64,000 nt of DNA. It comes from an uncultured delta proteobacterium (GTDB lineage: Bacteria; Myxococcota_A; Polyangia; Fen-1088). Within the stretch, counting starts at the first letter, position 1. The number at the start of each line of letters is the position of its first letter. This document shows positions 30,949-40,828 of this stretch, in pieces. Under the pieces are notes generated by a model, which saw only the letters and a list, made by a program, of their open reading frames with translations, ran no database searches and was not told the DNA's origin. The position numbers and the translations under genes are program-made. The stretch is from assembly GCA_963796685.1 (NCBI GenBank), contig CAWCMR010000008.1, positions 288,001-352,000 on the forward strand. The letters run 5' to 3'.

Positions 30949-30995
30949 TCCGCCGGATTCGCCGACGGTACTGAAAACCACGAAAGGAGATCCTG

Positions 30996-31610
30996 ATGTC
31001 ATCCGAAACCAACCAACGCTATTCACCGCCCGAGTGGGCCTTCACCTTTCACGGGCACCGCTGCCCGTTCATGCCACTCGGCTATCGCATGGGCGTGCTG
31101 GCCCTCGATGCGCTCGGCGTCGGCAGAGAGGCCGACCATACCCTGCACGTCATCTGCGAGCTTGGGGAAGGCCACCCGCAGACCTGCCTGATGGACGGCA
31201 TCCAGATCGCCACGGGTGCGACCTTCGGCAAGACCCTGATCGAGAAGACCTCCTGGGGCAAGCTGGCCGCGACCTTTTGGCATCCCGGCAAGACCGCCGT
31301 GCGCTACGCGCTCAAAGCTGGCTTCCTCGACGAGTTCGGCAAGCGCGAGCTCTTCGCATACCGCAAACGCGGCGTCGAGCCTTCGGGCATCCCCACGAAC
31401 GTGACCCAGGAAGCGATCGCCTGGACCTTGGGCCAAAGCGACGACGCGCTCTTTGCGATCCAGCAGCGCCCCGACTTCGTCTACCAGTCACCCAAAGGCT
31501 CCTTCAACAAGTCGCTGTGCTCGAAGTGCGGCGAGTACGTGTTCGAACGCTACGTCCGTTATCAGGACGGCAAGCCGGTGTGCATTCCCTGCTCGGGTTA
31601 CCAGCGCTGA
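30996..31610 (+). CDS. FmdE family protein
   Basis: FHGHRCP, CLMDGIQ, C-terminal CSKC...CIPC zinc finger. Confidence 0.88.
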   Translation: MSSETNQRYSPPEWAFTFHGHRCPFMPLGYRMGVLALDALGVGREADHTLHVICELGEGHPQTCLMDGIQIATGATFGKTLIEKTSWGKLAATFWHPGKTAVRYALKAGFLDEFGKRELFAYRKRGVEPSGIPTNVTQEAIAWTLGQSDDALFAIQQRPDFVYQSPKGSFNKSLCSKCGEYVFERYVRYQDGKPVCIPCSGYQR

Positions 31611-31638
31611 GGCGGCCGATTTAGAAGGAAAAAGCGCC

Positions 31639-32259
31639 ATGATCAGTCCCAAGGAATTCTACCAAGCCGGTCTCATGCTCCACGGCCACAAGTGTCCCGC
31701 CATGCCGCTCGGGCTGCGCGTGGGGGCGGCGGCCATGAACGCCCTGGGCGTCGAGCGGGCCAGAGACGGCCAGCTCCTGGCCCTCGTCGAGCTGGGTGAG
31801 GACCATTGCGCGACCTGCTTCGCCGACGGCGTGCAGATGATCACGGGTTGCACCTTCGGCAAGGGCAATATCCAGAAGCTCCACTACGGGAAGTGGGGCG
31901 TCACCCTGGTCGACGTGGCGACTTCGCGCGCGGTCCGGGTCACGCCCAAGGCCGAGGCCATGCTCGCCAACAAGCAGACGGAGTTCTTCAAGGAGTACCG
32001 CGAGAAGGGCGTGCCCGCCTCGAAGGTGCCGGCCGAGGTCGTCGATCCCCTCGTGCAGAAGGTGATGGGCGCTCCCGACGGCAAGCTGCTCTCGGTGGGC
32101 GAGATCTTCAAGCACGACGTCAAGCCGCGCGCGCCAGTCTTCGCCAGCTTCCCGTGCGAAGGCTGCGGCGAGATGGTGGTGGAGGGGTACACACGCATGG
32201 TCGGTGACAAGAAGGTCTGCATCCCGTGCCAGGCGCGACTGACCGAGGGCAAGGGATGA
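31639..32259 (+). CDS. FmdE family protein (second paralog)
   Basis: HGHKCP, CFADGVQMITGCTFGKGN, CEGC...CIPC. Confidence 0.88.
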   Translation: MISPKEFYQAGLMLHGHKCPAMPLGLRVGAAAMNALGVERARDGQLLALVELGEDHCATCFADGVQMITGCTFGKGNIQKLHYGKWGVTLVDVATSRAVRVTPKAEAMLANKQTEFFKEYREKGVPASKVPAEVVDPLVQKVMGAPDGKLLSVGEIFKHDVKPRAPVFASFPCEGCGEMVVEGYTRMVGDKKVCIPCQARLTEGKG

Positions 32260-32305
32260 CGACGGTGTTCAGCCCAGCGGGCACCAGCGAACCTCGAGGC
32301 TTGCG

Positions 32306-33071
32306 ATGAACAGGGCGACCGTCATCGCGTTCTTCGTGGTGCTGGCGATCTCGGTCGTGTTCTCCATGTTTGGGAAGGGCGGGGGATCGCTCTACACCCC
32401 CGTCCTCGTCATGCTCGGGTGGGATCTCACCACATCGATCTCCACCGCGCTCTTCCTCAACCTGGTGACCGCCGTGGTGGCAGACCATCGTTTTTGCGCG
32501 CAACCGCTTGGTGGACTTCAAGTCTTCATCGGTCTTTCTCCCCGGGACTGTGGCGGGCTCGCTGGTCGGAGCCCTGCTCAGCAGCAGGGCTCCCAAGGAT
32601 CTCCTCCTCGGCCTGTTTTCCGTGTTTCTGCTTGGCGCCGGCATCCTGATGATCCGCTCGAACAAAGGCGAGGCCCACCAGCAGGCGCGACCGCTGACCT
32701 CGGGGCTGGTGGTGGTCATGGTGGCTTTCTCCTTCGGGGTGGGTGTGCTCGGGAGCCTCATCGGGGTGGGCGGCGGCCTGGTCATCTTCCCGTTCCTCGT
32801 CCTCTATCTGAAGTACCAGGCGCAAAAGGCTGCGGGCGCGAACGCCTACATCGTCACCGTCAGCTCGCTGGTCGGATCCCTCGGTCACCTGTCAGTCGGC
32901 CACGTCGATTACTTCCTGATCGGCGTCACCGCGATCGCGGCCATAATCGGCTCGGCGATCGGCTCGCACGTCACCGTCAAAGCAAGCCCCAAGTTCGTCA
33001 AGGTCGCATTCGCCTTCATCATGTGGTTCTTCTCGGGCGAGATCGCACTTCACCTTCTCAAGGTCATCTGA
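32306..33071 (+). CDS. TauE/SafE (TSUP) family exporter (frameshift near 32482)
   Basis: GKGGGSLYTP and GVGGGLVIFP repeats; hydrophobic throughout. Confidence 0.82.
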
Positions 33072-33180
33072 GGGATGCGCCACCTCAAAGCTCCTTCGTG
33101 GCGTCGGCGAGCGCGCATCGGTTTGGCTCTGGCCGTGACCGCGCTGGCTTGCACCACCGCGCGTGGCGAGGTTGCAGACG

Positions 33181-33354
33181 CCTCCGGGATTCACGACGGC
33201 GCTCAACCGCATGAGCGTGGGTACGATCTCTATTCCGATCGCAGTCGGGGTTATCCTCATGATGTTCCCGCCGCTCGCGAAGGTGCGCTACGAAGAGATC
33301 GGCAAGGTCTTCCGCAACAAGCGCGTACTTATTCTCTCCCTCGTACAAAGCTGA
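33181..33354 (+). pseudogene. acr3: Acr3 arsenite permease fragment
   Basis: [24 protein letters not shown]...LSLVQ resembles the Acr3 N-terminal region, then truncates. Confidence 0.7.
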
Positions 33355-33526
33355 GAAGTCCCTCCACGCCCCGCTTGAGTTCGTACAAGCTTACTGCAGA
33401 AATGCACAACCCTTCGCGCGGTATCAGATCGTCCAGCCAGTTGACGAGTGATGGGTGTCTGGCCCTCGCGTGACGATCCAGGTACCAGGACACCACGCTG
33501 GTGTCGACCAAGAAGCCTGCGCTCAT
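33345..33526 (-). pseudogene. Truncated PIN/VapC toxin (N-terminal part only)
   Basis: MSAGFLVDTSVV...ISAVSLYEL; ATGA-coupled to the upstream ORF and collides with the acr3 fragment. Confidence 0.65.
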
Positions 33527-34200
33527 CGCAGCTCGCGCAGACGCGCCTGAACCAGAACCGTCACATCCTCGGGCGCCAACGCTGCCCTCGCCTCCTCCAC
33601 ACATTCCAAAACGCGAGAGCCGCGGTTGACGGACGGAGCATCTGCCTCAAGCTCGACGGAAAGGCCGAGTCGTGCCAGATGATCCACGCCACGAGAAGCT
33701 TCCAGAAATGCGCGGTCCGCCAATTCGGCAGCGCGTTCCTTGTCTCCGTCGCGCTCGGAGAGAGAGACTGCGGCCATGAGGAGAACGACGGCCCGAATCA
33801 CTCCGGCCGCGTCGTCCTTGAATGCCTCGGCCAGATCCGGCTGCGCTAGCAGGCCGGGGTCCAGACTCGCTTCTTGGATCTCGGAACCAAACGGTATCGC
33901 CTCAAGAAAACCCACGAACGCTCGCATCGCCCAGCGAGCCGAACGGCGGGCGCCTGGGTCCGGCAGGAATCGGTCGAGACGCTCGCCCTCGGAGTGATAG
34001 ATGCCCTTGAGCTCTGCCAGAAAGCCCGGTGCCCCAAGCCCCTGAATGATCACGGTGAGCGCCTTGCCGAACTGGGTGAAGATGGCCAACGTGGTCTCGT
34101 TTACCAAATGCGTGTTGAGCGGCTCTTCTCGAAGGCGTTTCAGTTCCGCCTCGATCACCGCTGGCGCCCATGCAAGCGCGGCCCTCTCGGCGGGCGCCAA
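33523..34200 (-). CDS. Hypothetical protein upstream of PIN (possible antitoxin partner)
   Basis: 225-aa helical-looking ORF coupled to the PIN gene. Confidence 0.5.
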   Translation of the reverse strand: MAPAERAALAWAPAVIEAELKRLREEPLNTHLVNETTLAIFTQFGKALTVIIQGLGAPGFLAELKGIYHSEGERLDRFLPDPGARRSARWAMRAFVGFLEAIPFGSEIQEASLDPGLLAQPDLAEAFKDDAAGVIRAVVLLMAAVSLSERDGDKERAAELADRAFLEASRGVDHLARLGLSVELEADAPSVNRGSRVLECVEEARAALAPEDVTVLVQARLRELR

Positions 34201-34556
34201 CTGCCCACCAACGCGGTTAGATCTCGCACTGACAGTGGGGGAAGCCCCATCGCCAGGTTGTCGATTTTCGCCTTGGCTGCCGCAGTCATGGTGTTTGCTC
34301 CGTTCGCAGCATTGTACCTAGCAAGAGGCCAGAATACGCGCCTTAGTGACCACGGTCTTGCCTAGGCCTGGGACGGGTCGTCCTGGATTACCGACGAGCG
34401 CAACGCGCACCGCGCCATTGACCATCCCTCGAAGAGACTCGGTCTGGATCCTTGGCGCGCCAGTTTGAGTCATCTGGTGACGCGATCCTCAACGCGAATC
34501 CTAAGTCTCGACGAACATAGCAAAATCAATAGTAAAATTAACTAGTTACAGCCGAC

Positions 34557-34628
34557 AGGGAGCAAAAAGAAAGGGTTACCCACGCCGCTGCATCCCCCCT
34601 CGATTTCACAAAGGAATTTGGGGTAACT
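34557..34628. repeat. About 70-bp repeat with GTTACCC...GGGTAAC ends (copy 1)
   Basis: Similar to 37624-37690. The same GGGTAAC/GTTACCC motifs occur at about 41871-41905. Confidence 0.7.
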
Positions 34629-34724
34629 CAGCCTCTGGCGTAGCGAATCTGTGCCTAATTCAGTCTCTATACGATACAGTTTTAAGACTTGAATTCAGAC
34701 CTGTATGCGCCCATCATTTCGAGC

Positions 34725-35012
34725 ATGCGGGCCATCAAAGTTGCCGAAGACATCGTCCCGGTAGGTGAGTTCAAAGGCCAAGCAGCGCGCTGGCTCCGGC
34801 ATGCCGCTGAAACCGGACAGCCCGTGGTCATCACCCAGAATGGCAAGCCGGCTGGCGTCCTGGTCTCGCCGACCGAGTACGACCGTCTGACCGAGCGGGA
34901 ACGGTTCCTGGAGTCGGTCGCGCTAGGGCTGGCGGATGCCGAAGCCGGTCGAACCATGGACACAAAAGAGCTTCTGCGCCGTCTTGAAGAACAGCGGTCC
35001 GCGGGGCGGTAG
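34725..35012 (+). CDS. Phd/YefM family antitoxin
   Basis: PVGEFK...PVVITQNGKPAGVLV. Confidence 0.88.
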   Translation: MRAIKVAEDIVPVGEFKGQAARWLRHAAETGQPVVITQNGKPAGVLVSPTEYDRLTERERFLESVALGLADAEAGRTMDTKELLRRLEEQRSAGR

Positions 35013-35014
35013 CA

Positions 35015-35311
35015 TTGAAAGTCATCTGGACTGAACAGGCGCTCGTGCGCCTCGCCGAGATCCAAGACTTCATCGCCCGGGCCAACCCCGACGCGGCCGA
35101 ACGTCTTGTCCACCGAATTGTCGAGCGCGGTGATGGATTGTCGAAGTTCCCCGAGATGGGCAGGATTGTGCCCGAGCTTCCAGGAACCGGCATTCGCGAA
35201 ATCATCGAGGGACGTTACAGGATCGTCTATCGGGTCCAGACGAAGGCGATCCAGGTTCTCACGGTCTTCGAAGGGCATCGCCAGTTTCCTTCGGGGGATA
35301 TCGTCGGATAG
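35015..35311 (+). CDS. RelE/ParE family toxin
   Basis: MKVIWTEQA...FPEMGRIVPE...YRIVY; TTG start. Confidence 0.88.
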   Translation: MKVIWTEQALVRLAEIQDFIARANPDAAERLVHRIVERGDGLSKFPEMGRIVPELPGTGIREIIEGRYRIVYRVQTKAIQVLTVFEGHRQFPSGDIVG

Positions 35312-35803
35312 TCACCAGTTTTGCCTTTCAAGCAGGCGCGCTGTCTTTCCAGACGCCGCTTTGGAGACGGACTGGCAAACGCGCGGAGGTTCCATCGCGC
35401 CTTGCGTGATCGCTTCTTGTCGTCAAGTCGAGCGATCCCGATGACCTTTGCGAAAAAACTGCCGCGCTCAGCCAGATCGGCGGCCCGCGCCTGTCCAAAG
35501 TTGTCTCCACTCGACCGTTTCAACCAGGAGATGGGGCAAGGCGAGATCGATGAGCGTAGATTCAACCCAAGGGACCTCGACCTCGTATCCAGCCACCCAA
35601 TTCAGGCGTCCCCTCGCAGCGGCGAGGATCTCGTCAAGGTCGCGTCCAATCTCGCATGCTCCGAGCAGGAGCCCGCGCTTATGCTCTCAGAATGTCCCAC
35701 GTTAACGACTTTGTGGTCGCTGCCCGCTTTGCTCACCGCACTGATAGGGACCGATCCCCCGGTGTCGCCCTACCCCGCCCTGAGCTAATCGCCATTGCCA
35801 GGG

Positions 35804-36421
35804 TCATGGATCGCCCCGCGGCAAGAGAACCAATTTGGCGGCTTCCTCAGCCTCTTTGAGGAGCGTCTTGCGCGGCGTGCCTAGCAGCGCACGCATGGTC
35901 AGCCCACGCACCAAATCCGTGACTTGGATTGCGCGCGCGGCTACGGGAAAGTCAGATGGGATTTCTCCCGCGCTGATCCCGTCCCGGAAGCGGCGCTCCA
36001 CCAGCGCCGTTCCGCCCGCGACCGCGCTCTGCAGGAACCGCTGAACCTCGGCGTCGTTCACAAGCGGCGCGACGCATATCATAAGGCAGCCCCGAGCGGA
36101 CCCTTTCTCTGTCGCACTTTCGACGGCGTACCTAAGAAAGCTCGCGATCGAGTCGCGAAGACTTTGTGGCGAGAGGAGTGCCTTCGCGGCTGATGCGCCC
36201 TTTCTCTCTGCATACGCCTTGAGGGCGCGCAAGAATATCGCCCGCTTGTCCCCGAAGACGGCATACAGGCTCGGCCGTCCCACCCCCATCCCGGCGACGA
36301 GATCGTCAATCGTCACTCCGTCGTAGCCTTTCGACCAGAACACCTGAGTCGCCTTTTCCAGCGCCCCCGTCTCGTCGAAGCTGCGTGGTCGACCCCGCGG
36401 CCTAGCGGTATTTTGAATCAT
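35804..36421 (-). CDS. TetR/AcrR family regulator
   Basis: GRPRSFD, FWSKGY, SLYAVFGDK, GCL. Confidence 0.9.
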   Translation of the reverse strand: MIQNTARPRGRPRSFDETGALEKATQVFWSKGYDGVTIDDLVAGMGVGRPSLYAVFGDKRAIFLRALKAYAERKGASAAKALLSPQSLRDSIASFLRYAVESATEKGSARGCLMICVAPLVNDAEVQRFLQSAVAGGTALVERRFRDGISAGEIPSDFPVAARAIQVTDLVRGLTMRALLGTPRKTLLKEAEEAAKLVLLPRGDP

Positions 36422-36535
36422 TTGGTTCAAAACTCATTGACAGTTTCTCGCACCAATATATAACTGAATAGTTCTAAATTAGCAAGCCGGTTACTGGCCT
36501 CGCGGGGCCTCACGACTCGGCTTTCACCCTTCACC

Positions 36536-37522
36536 ATGGAGACGGTTATGGAACATTCGATCGCTCTCGTCACCGGCGCCACTTCCGGGCTCGGCCATGC
36601 GGCAGCCCGCCTGCTCGCCGGAGAGGGCTGGCACGAGATCATCGTCACCGGGCGCACCCTGGCCGGGGCCCAGCAAGCGGCCGCTCAACTCGCGGCTGAG
36701 AACAAAACAGTGATCTTCACGCCGCTGGAGTTGGATCTGGACAAGCCGTCCAGCGTTCAGTTCGCCGTTGCCGAGTTGGTCAAGCGAGGTCGGCCGGTCG
36801 AGTTCCTACTGCTCAATGCAGGGATGGTCCCAGGTAAGAAGCGCGTGATCACCGCAGCGGGCATCGAGGAAGCTCAGGCCCCGCTGATCGGCCATCATCA
36901 ACTGACTATCGGGTTGCTCCGCGCCAACCTGCTGAGCCCGAACGCGCGGATTGTCATCGCCGGCGCGGAACCTGCCCGTGGGGGCGTGCCGATGTTCAGA
37001 TACACCGATGTGCCAGCCTTCGCGGCCAAATACTTCCGGGGAGACCGGACCGCGGCTATCGAAGCCCTGATTCGCAACGGGCCAAACGTGAAGTACGTGC
37101 CCAACAATACGTATGCCGACGCGAAGCTCATTATCGCTTGGTGGGTCGCGGCGCTGGCGCGCCGGCTACCCTCCGGCATGGCCGTGTACGCTGTCTCGCC
37201 CGGTGGGGCGACCGCCACCAAGGTGGTGCGAAACGCTGGCCCGTTGTTGAAGTATCTGTTTATCCCAATCGTGAACCTCATTCCCGGCATGAATCAGACG
37301 CCGGAGACCGCGACCCGTCGGTACCTCCAGGCGTCGGAGCTCGGAACCGACGTCTCAGGGCAATTCTTCGCCTCGGCTAAAGGGAAGTTCTCAGGCCCAA
37401 TTGAGGTGCAGCGCCAGCCACACCTCTACGATCGCGCCAGCCAGGAAGCCGCGTGGCAGGCCGTCGTCAAGGTCTCTGGCGTCGACTTCTCCTCCGCAGC
37501 AACCTTGAGCGCCGTGTCCTGA
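36536..37522 (+). CDS. Short-chain dehydrogenase/reductase
   Basis: TGATSGLG, LNAG, YADAK, SPG; divergent from the TetR gene. Confidence 0.88.
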   Translation: METVMEHSIALVTGATSGLGHAAARLLAGEGWHEIIVTGRTLAGAQQAAAQLAAENKTVIFTPLELDLDKPSSVQFAVAELVKRGRPVEFLLLNAGMVPGKKRVITAAGIEEAQAPLIGHHQLTIGLLRANLLSPNARIVIAGAEPARGGVPMFRYTDVPAFAAKYFRGDRTAAIEALIRNGPNVKYVPNNTYADAKLIIAWWVAALARRLPSGMAVYAVSPGGATATKVVRNAGPLLKYLFIPIVNLIPGMNQTPETATRRYLQASELGTDVSGQFFASAKGKFSGPIEVQRQPHLYDRASQEAAWQAVVKVSGVDFSSAATLSAVS

Positions 37523-37623
37523 AGGAGCGCGCCCCCTGCCCGCCCAGGCGGTCACTCGTCGCACGCACGGATGCGCTCATGTTCTTGATCGGCTTCGTGG
37601 TCATGTCGTCAGCGCTTCCAGGT

Positions 37624-37690
37624 AGGGAGCAGAAAAAAGTTACCCACGCCGCTGCATCGCTGCGATTTTACAAAGGATTTGGGGGTAACT
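37624..37690. repeat. About 70-bp repeat (copy 2)
   Basis: AGGGAGCAGAAAAAAGTTACCCACGCCGCTGCATC...ACAAAGGATTTGGGGGTAACT. Confidence 0.7.
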
Positions 37691-37729
37691 GCGGGCCTTC
37701 AGAAGCGTTCTTTCATTGTTTTCCATAGA

Positions 37730-37817
37730 TTCAGCATCTGCTGAAAATGTCATCTTTAGTGAAATGTCCTTGACACCGCAGTTTCACTAGATAGAACGTT
37801 TTCAGCGTCTGCTGAAA
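37730..37817 (+). promoter_or_regulatory. AbiE promoter with large inverted-repeat operator
   Basis: Two TTCAGC-N4-GCTGAA palindromes (37730 and 37801), and TAGTGAAA/TTTCACTA arms flanking TTGACA (37770). Confidence 0.7.
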
Positions 37818-37829
37818 GTTAGTGATGCC

Positions 37830-38876
37830 GTGAAAGCACAGGACATAGAGAGACGAGCCGCTGCGGCACTCACGGCGTGTCTGCAGGAAGCACCCTTCAT
37901 CCGGGTCAAGTCCGCGCGGTGGCGTCGACGCGATGATGAGGCAGACATCGTGCTCAACCTTCGGACCAAGGCCGGTTCGTTCAGCCTAATCGCCGAGGTC
38001 AAGACCACAGGCCAACCCCGCGTGGCAAGAGAAGCGGTCAACCATCTGCTGTGCCTCCGCCGCGAACACCCGGACGCCTACGGCGTGTTCGTGGCCCCGT
38101 ATGTGTCCCCGGAAGCCGCCGAGATCTGCAGGAAGCACGACATCGGGTATCTCGACCTTGCCGGGAACTGCCGCCTGTCTTTTGACCAGGTCTTCATCTC
38201 CAGGGAGGGCTTCCGCAACAAATTCACGCAGAGGCGGGATCTCCGATCGCTGTACGCGCCGAAGGCCACGCGGGTGCTTCGTGCGCTGCTGATGAGCAAG
38301 TCCAAGTGGTGGAAGACCCAGGTGTTGGCCGACGAGGCGGGGGTGAGCATTGGGCAGGTCGCCAACGTGAAGAAGAACCTGCGTGACCGGGAGTGGGTTG
38401 TCGATGGGAAGGAAGGTTTTCGTCTTGCGAATCCCCAGGCCCTGCTCCGGGAATGGGCGGACAACTACACGTATCGGAAGAACACCGTTCGTGACTTCTA
38501 CGCCATGGGCGAGACCGACGATGTCGAGGCCGCTATCGCAAGGGAATGCCGTGAGCTTGGGATTGAATATGCGTTCACCGGTTTCTCGGCGGCGCGCCGG
38601 ATCGCCCCTGCGGTCCGAGGACAACGCGCCATGGCCTACGTGAGCGTGGTCTCCGAGGCCCTGCTGAAGCGGGCAGGGTTGAAGGAGGTGTCGAGCGGCG
38701 CGAACGTCAGCCTCCTGGTCCCTTACGACGAGGGTGTCTACTACCTGGCCAACGATGTCGACTCGATGAGGACTGTGTGTCCTGTCCAACTCTACCTCGA
38801 CCTCAAGGGCTACAAAGGCCGTGGCGATGAAGCGGCCGAGGCCGTCTGGCAGCAGGAGGTCTCGAAGCTGTGGTGA
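37830..38876 (+). CDS. AbiEi-like antitoxin (type IV TA; N-terminal PD-(D/E)xK-like domain, HTH)
   Basis: AEVK, APYVS, GYLDLAGN, ANVSLL, PVQLYLDL, RGDEAA. Confidence 0.8.
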   Translation: MKAQDIERRAAAALTACLQEAPFIRVKSARWRRRDDEADIVLNLRTKAGSFSLIAEVKTTGQPRVAREAVNHLLCLRREHPDAYGVFVAPYVSPEAAEICRKHDIGYLDLAGNCRLSFDQVFISREGFRNKFTQRRDLRSLYAPKATRVLRALLMSKSKWWKTQVLADEAGVSIGQVANVKKNLRDREWVVDGKEGFRLANPQALLREWADNYTYRKNTVRDFYAMGETDDVEAAIARECRELGIEYAFTGFSAARRIAPAVRGQRAMAYVSVVSEALLKRAGLKEVSSGANVSLLVPYDEGVYYLANDVDSMRTVCPVQLYLDLKGYKGRGDEAAEAVWQQEVSKLW

Positions 38877-39697
38877 CCAAGAAGGATTACGACGCCATCC
38901 AGGTCGACGCGGCCCGTTCCGTGATGTTGGAACTCGTCAGGTTGCTCGCGGAGTACCGCGACGACATCGTGGTTGTGGGCGGCTGGGTGCCAGCACTCCT
39001 CATCCCGCAGGATCGGAAGCCGCACATCGGCAGCACCGACGTCGATCTCGCCCTGAACCACCGAACCTTGACCGGGCCTGGGTACAAGACGATCTGCCGG
39101 CTGCTGGAGGGTCGGGGCTACACGCAGGACAAGAAGCAGCCCTTCATTTTCTGGCGCACGGTCACGGTGGGCGACAAGGAGATCGTCGTGGAAGTCGACC
39201 TCCTTGCGGGGGAATACGAGGGAACCGGCAAGAGCCATCGAACCCAGACCGTGCAGGATGTTCGTGCACGCAAAGCTCGCGGTTGCGACCTAGCCTTCGA
39301 GTTCCCTGCGACGATTGCCATCGAAGGCAACCTGCCCGGCGGCGCCAGGGACTCGACAACGGTGCGCATCGCTTCGATTGTCCCCTTCCTGGCGATGAAA
39401 GGCATGGCCCTGGCCACCCGCTTGAAGGAGAAGGATGCCTGGGACATCTACTATTGCGTGAGGTGGTACCCAGGCGAACCCGAAGCCTTGGTCAATGTCT
39501 GCCGCGAGCACATCAAGAACGGTCTGGTGAGGGAAGGGTTCAAGAACATCGGCGAGAAATTTGCTTCCCCTGATCACGTTGGCCCAACTTTCGTCGCCGA
39601 CTTCGAGGAGATCTCTAATCCCGAAGCGCGAGCGGTCACCAAGCGGGACGCCTACGAGCGCGTCCAGTACCTACTCCGGGGGATTGGTCTCGCCTGA
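38870..39697 (+). CDS. AbiEii-like nucleotidyltransferase
   Basis: VVVGGW, GSTDVDL, MK...KDAWDI; overlaps the upstream stop. Confidence 0.8.
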   Translation: MVTKKDYDAIQVDAARSVMLELVRLLAEYRDDIVVVGGWVPALLIPQDRKPHIGSTDVDLALNHRTLTGPGYKTICRLLEGRGYTQDKKQPFIFWRTVTVGDKEIVVEVDLLAGEYEGTGKSHRTQTVQDVRARKARGCDLAFEFPATIAIEGNLPGGARDSTTVRIASIVPFLAMKGMALATRLKEKDAWDIYYCVRWYPGEPEALVNVCREHIKNGLVREGFKNIGEKFASPDHVGPTFVADFEEISNPEARAVTKRDAYERVQYLLRGIGLA

Positions 39698-39882
39698 GCG
39701 GCGAGGTTCAGGTAGCCGGTCCAGGTGTAGACAATCTTTGAAAAGCGCGACTTGGCAATCTCGGTGAGCGCGTCGCTATCTCCATCTACCAGGTTGACTT
39801 CGTTGGTCCTGGCCAGCCTGGTCGACCGCGCCAAGCGCGATCGGAAACCCGCGCTCTCGAGCGATTCTCTCCAGCCAGCCAT

Positions 39883-40557
39883 TCAATTCTTAAGGAAGTG
39901 AACCTCTACGCGGCGGTTTCTCGCCTCTGACGCATCGGCGCCGGGGAGAGGCCGAGACTCCCCAAAACCTGCGACAACAACCCGCCCCGCTAGAACAACA
40001 TCGCCAAGTGTATCAATTAGGGCCTTTCGCGCCTCACGGGCACGGGCTGCAGAGAGAGTGTAGTTGTCATCATAGACGCCGCAGTGTACCGGTCGTTCGT
40101 TCTTATCCAGGTCACAAACCACATGATTAACAGGCGTGCTGTCCGTATGCCCTTCCATTGCAATATGCGTCCGAGGGTCGCACTTGAGGAAAACCGTAAT
40201 GTCTCGCCTCACCTTGTCGATCCAGGAATTCACGCTTCGATCGAGGCAAGCGTCGCCCTGTTTGAAGACACCTTCGCGGAGCGTAAGCCGGCCAGATGAC
40301 TTGTCTATTGCCATCAGATCCTGTCTACCATCGTCGTGAATCGTTTGATCCAGCTTCGCCATTAGCTCGCCAACACAATCCCGCTCTGCGCCAGATCCGG
40401 CGTGCATCCCTGCAGACTCTGGCCCTGGTTGCTGAATATCTTCCCTGCCCGGAGATTGAATCCTCAACACACTGACGACCAGCAGTAGCATGACGACGGC
40501 CATCACGCCGGCCATTAGGTCAGAGATGGCAATCCACTCACTGGGCTTTTCTCTCAT
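39883..40557 (-). CDS. MotB/OmpA-family protein, ZorB-like
   Basis: WIAISDLMAG TM motif, EGHTDS, NYTLSAARA, GFGESRPL, RNRRVE; lower GC. Confidence 0.78.
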   Translation of the reverse strand: MREKPSEWIAISDLMAGVMAVVMLLLVVSVLRIQSPGREDIQQPGPESAGMHAGSGAERDCVGELMAKLDQTIHDDGRQDLMAIDKSSGRLTLREGVFKQGDACLDRSVNSWIDKVRRDITVFLKCDPRTHIAMEGHTDSTPVNHVVCDLDKNERPVHCGVYDDNYTLSAARAREARKALIDTLGDVVLAGRVVVAGFGESRPLPGADASEARNRRVEVHFLKN

Positions 40558-40582
40558 CGACAGCTATCCATTTGACGGCAGA

Positions 40583-40828
40583 CTAGGACCGTTTCAATTT
40601 CTCCGATCGTGGTTCGGGCACGATTCCTCTCAAATCGCCACGCATTCCACGAATCTCACCCAGGAGCCGTCCCTGATTCTCCTGAATCGCGTCCAGGGAT
40701 TGCAACGCGACGAGAACCTTCTCCTGCCCAGCAACAAACGCCGCGAGGGACCCCAGCGCAACAGACAACTTGTGCAGCTCCGCCACAACCTTACTCACAA
40801 CGACTGGCTGTTCTTTCAATTGAGCAAC
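40583..40828 (-). pseudogene. Truncated helical C-terminus upstream of the MotB-like gene (possible ZorA tail)
   Basis: Coiled-coil-like fragment with no credible start; position is as expected for zorA. Confidence 0.35.

Noticed and set aside
30996-32259. FmdE genes and the F420-family reductase as evidence of methanogenesis or archaeal DNA
   Set aside because: Both families are widespread in bacteria. No fmd/fwd catalytic subunits are present and the core genes are bacterial.
35312-35803. Short ORFs between the RelE toxin and TetR, and at 34200-34550
   Set aside because: No recognisable motifs or RBS; probably degraded island DNA.
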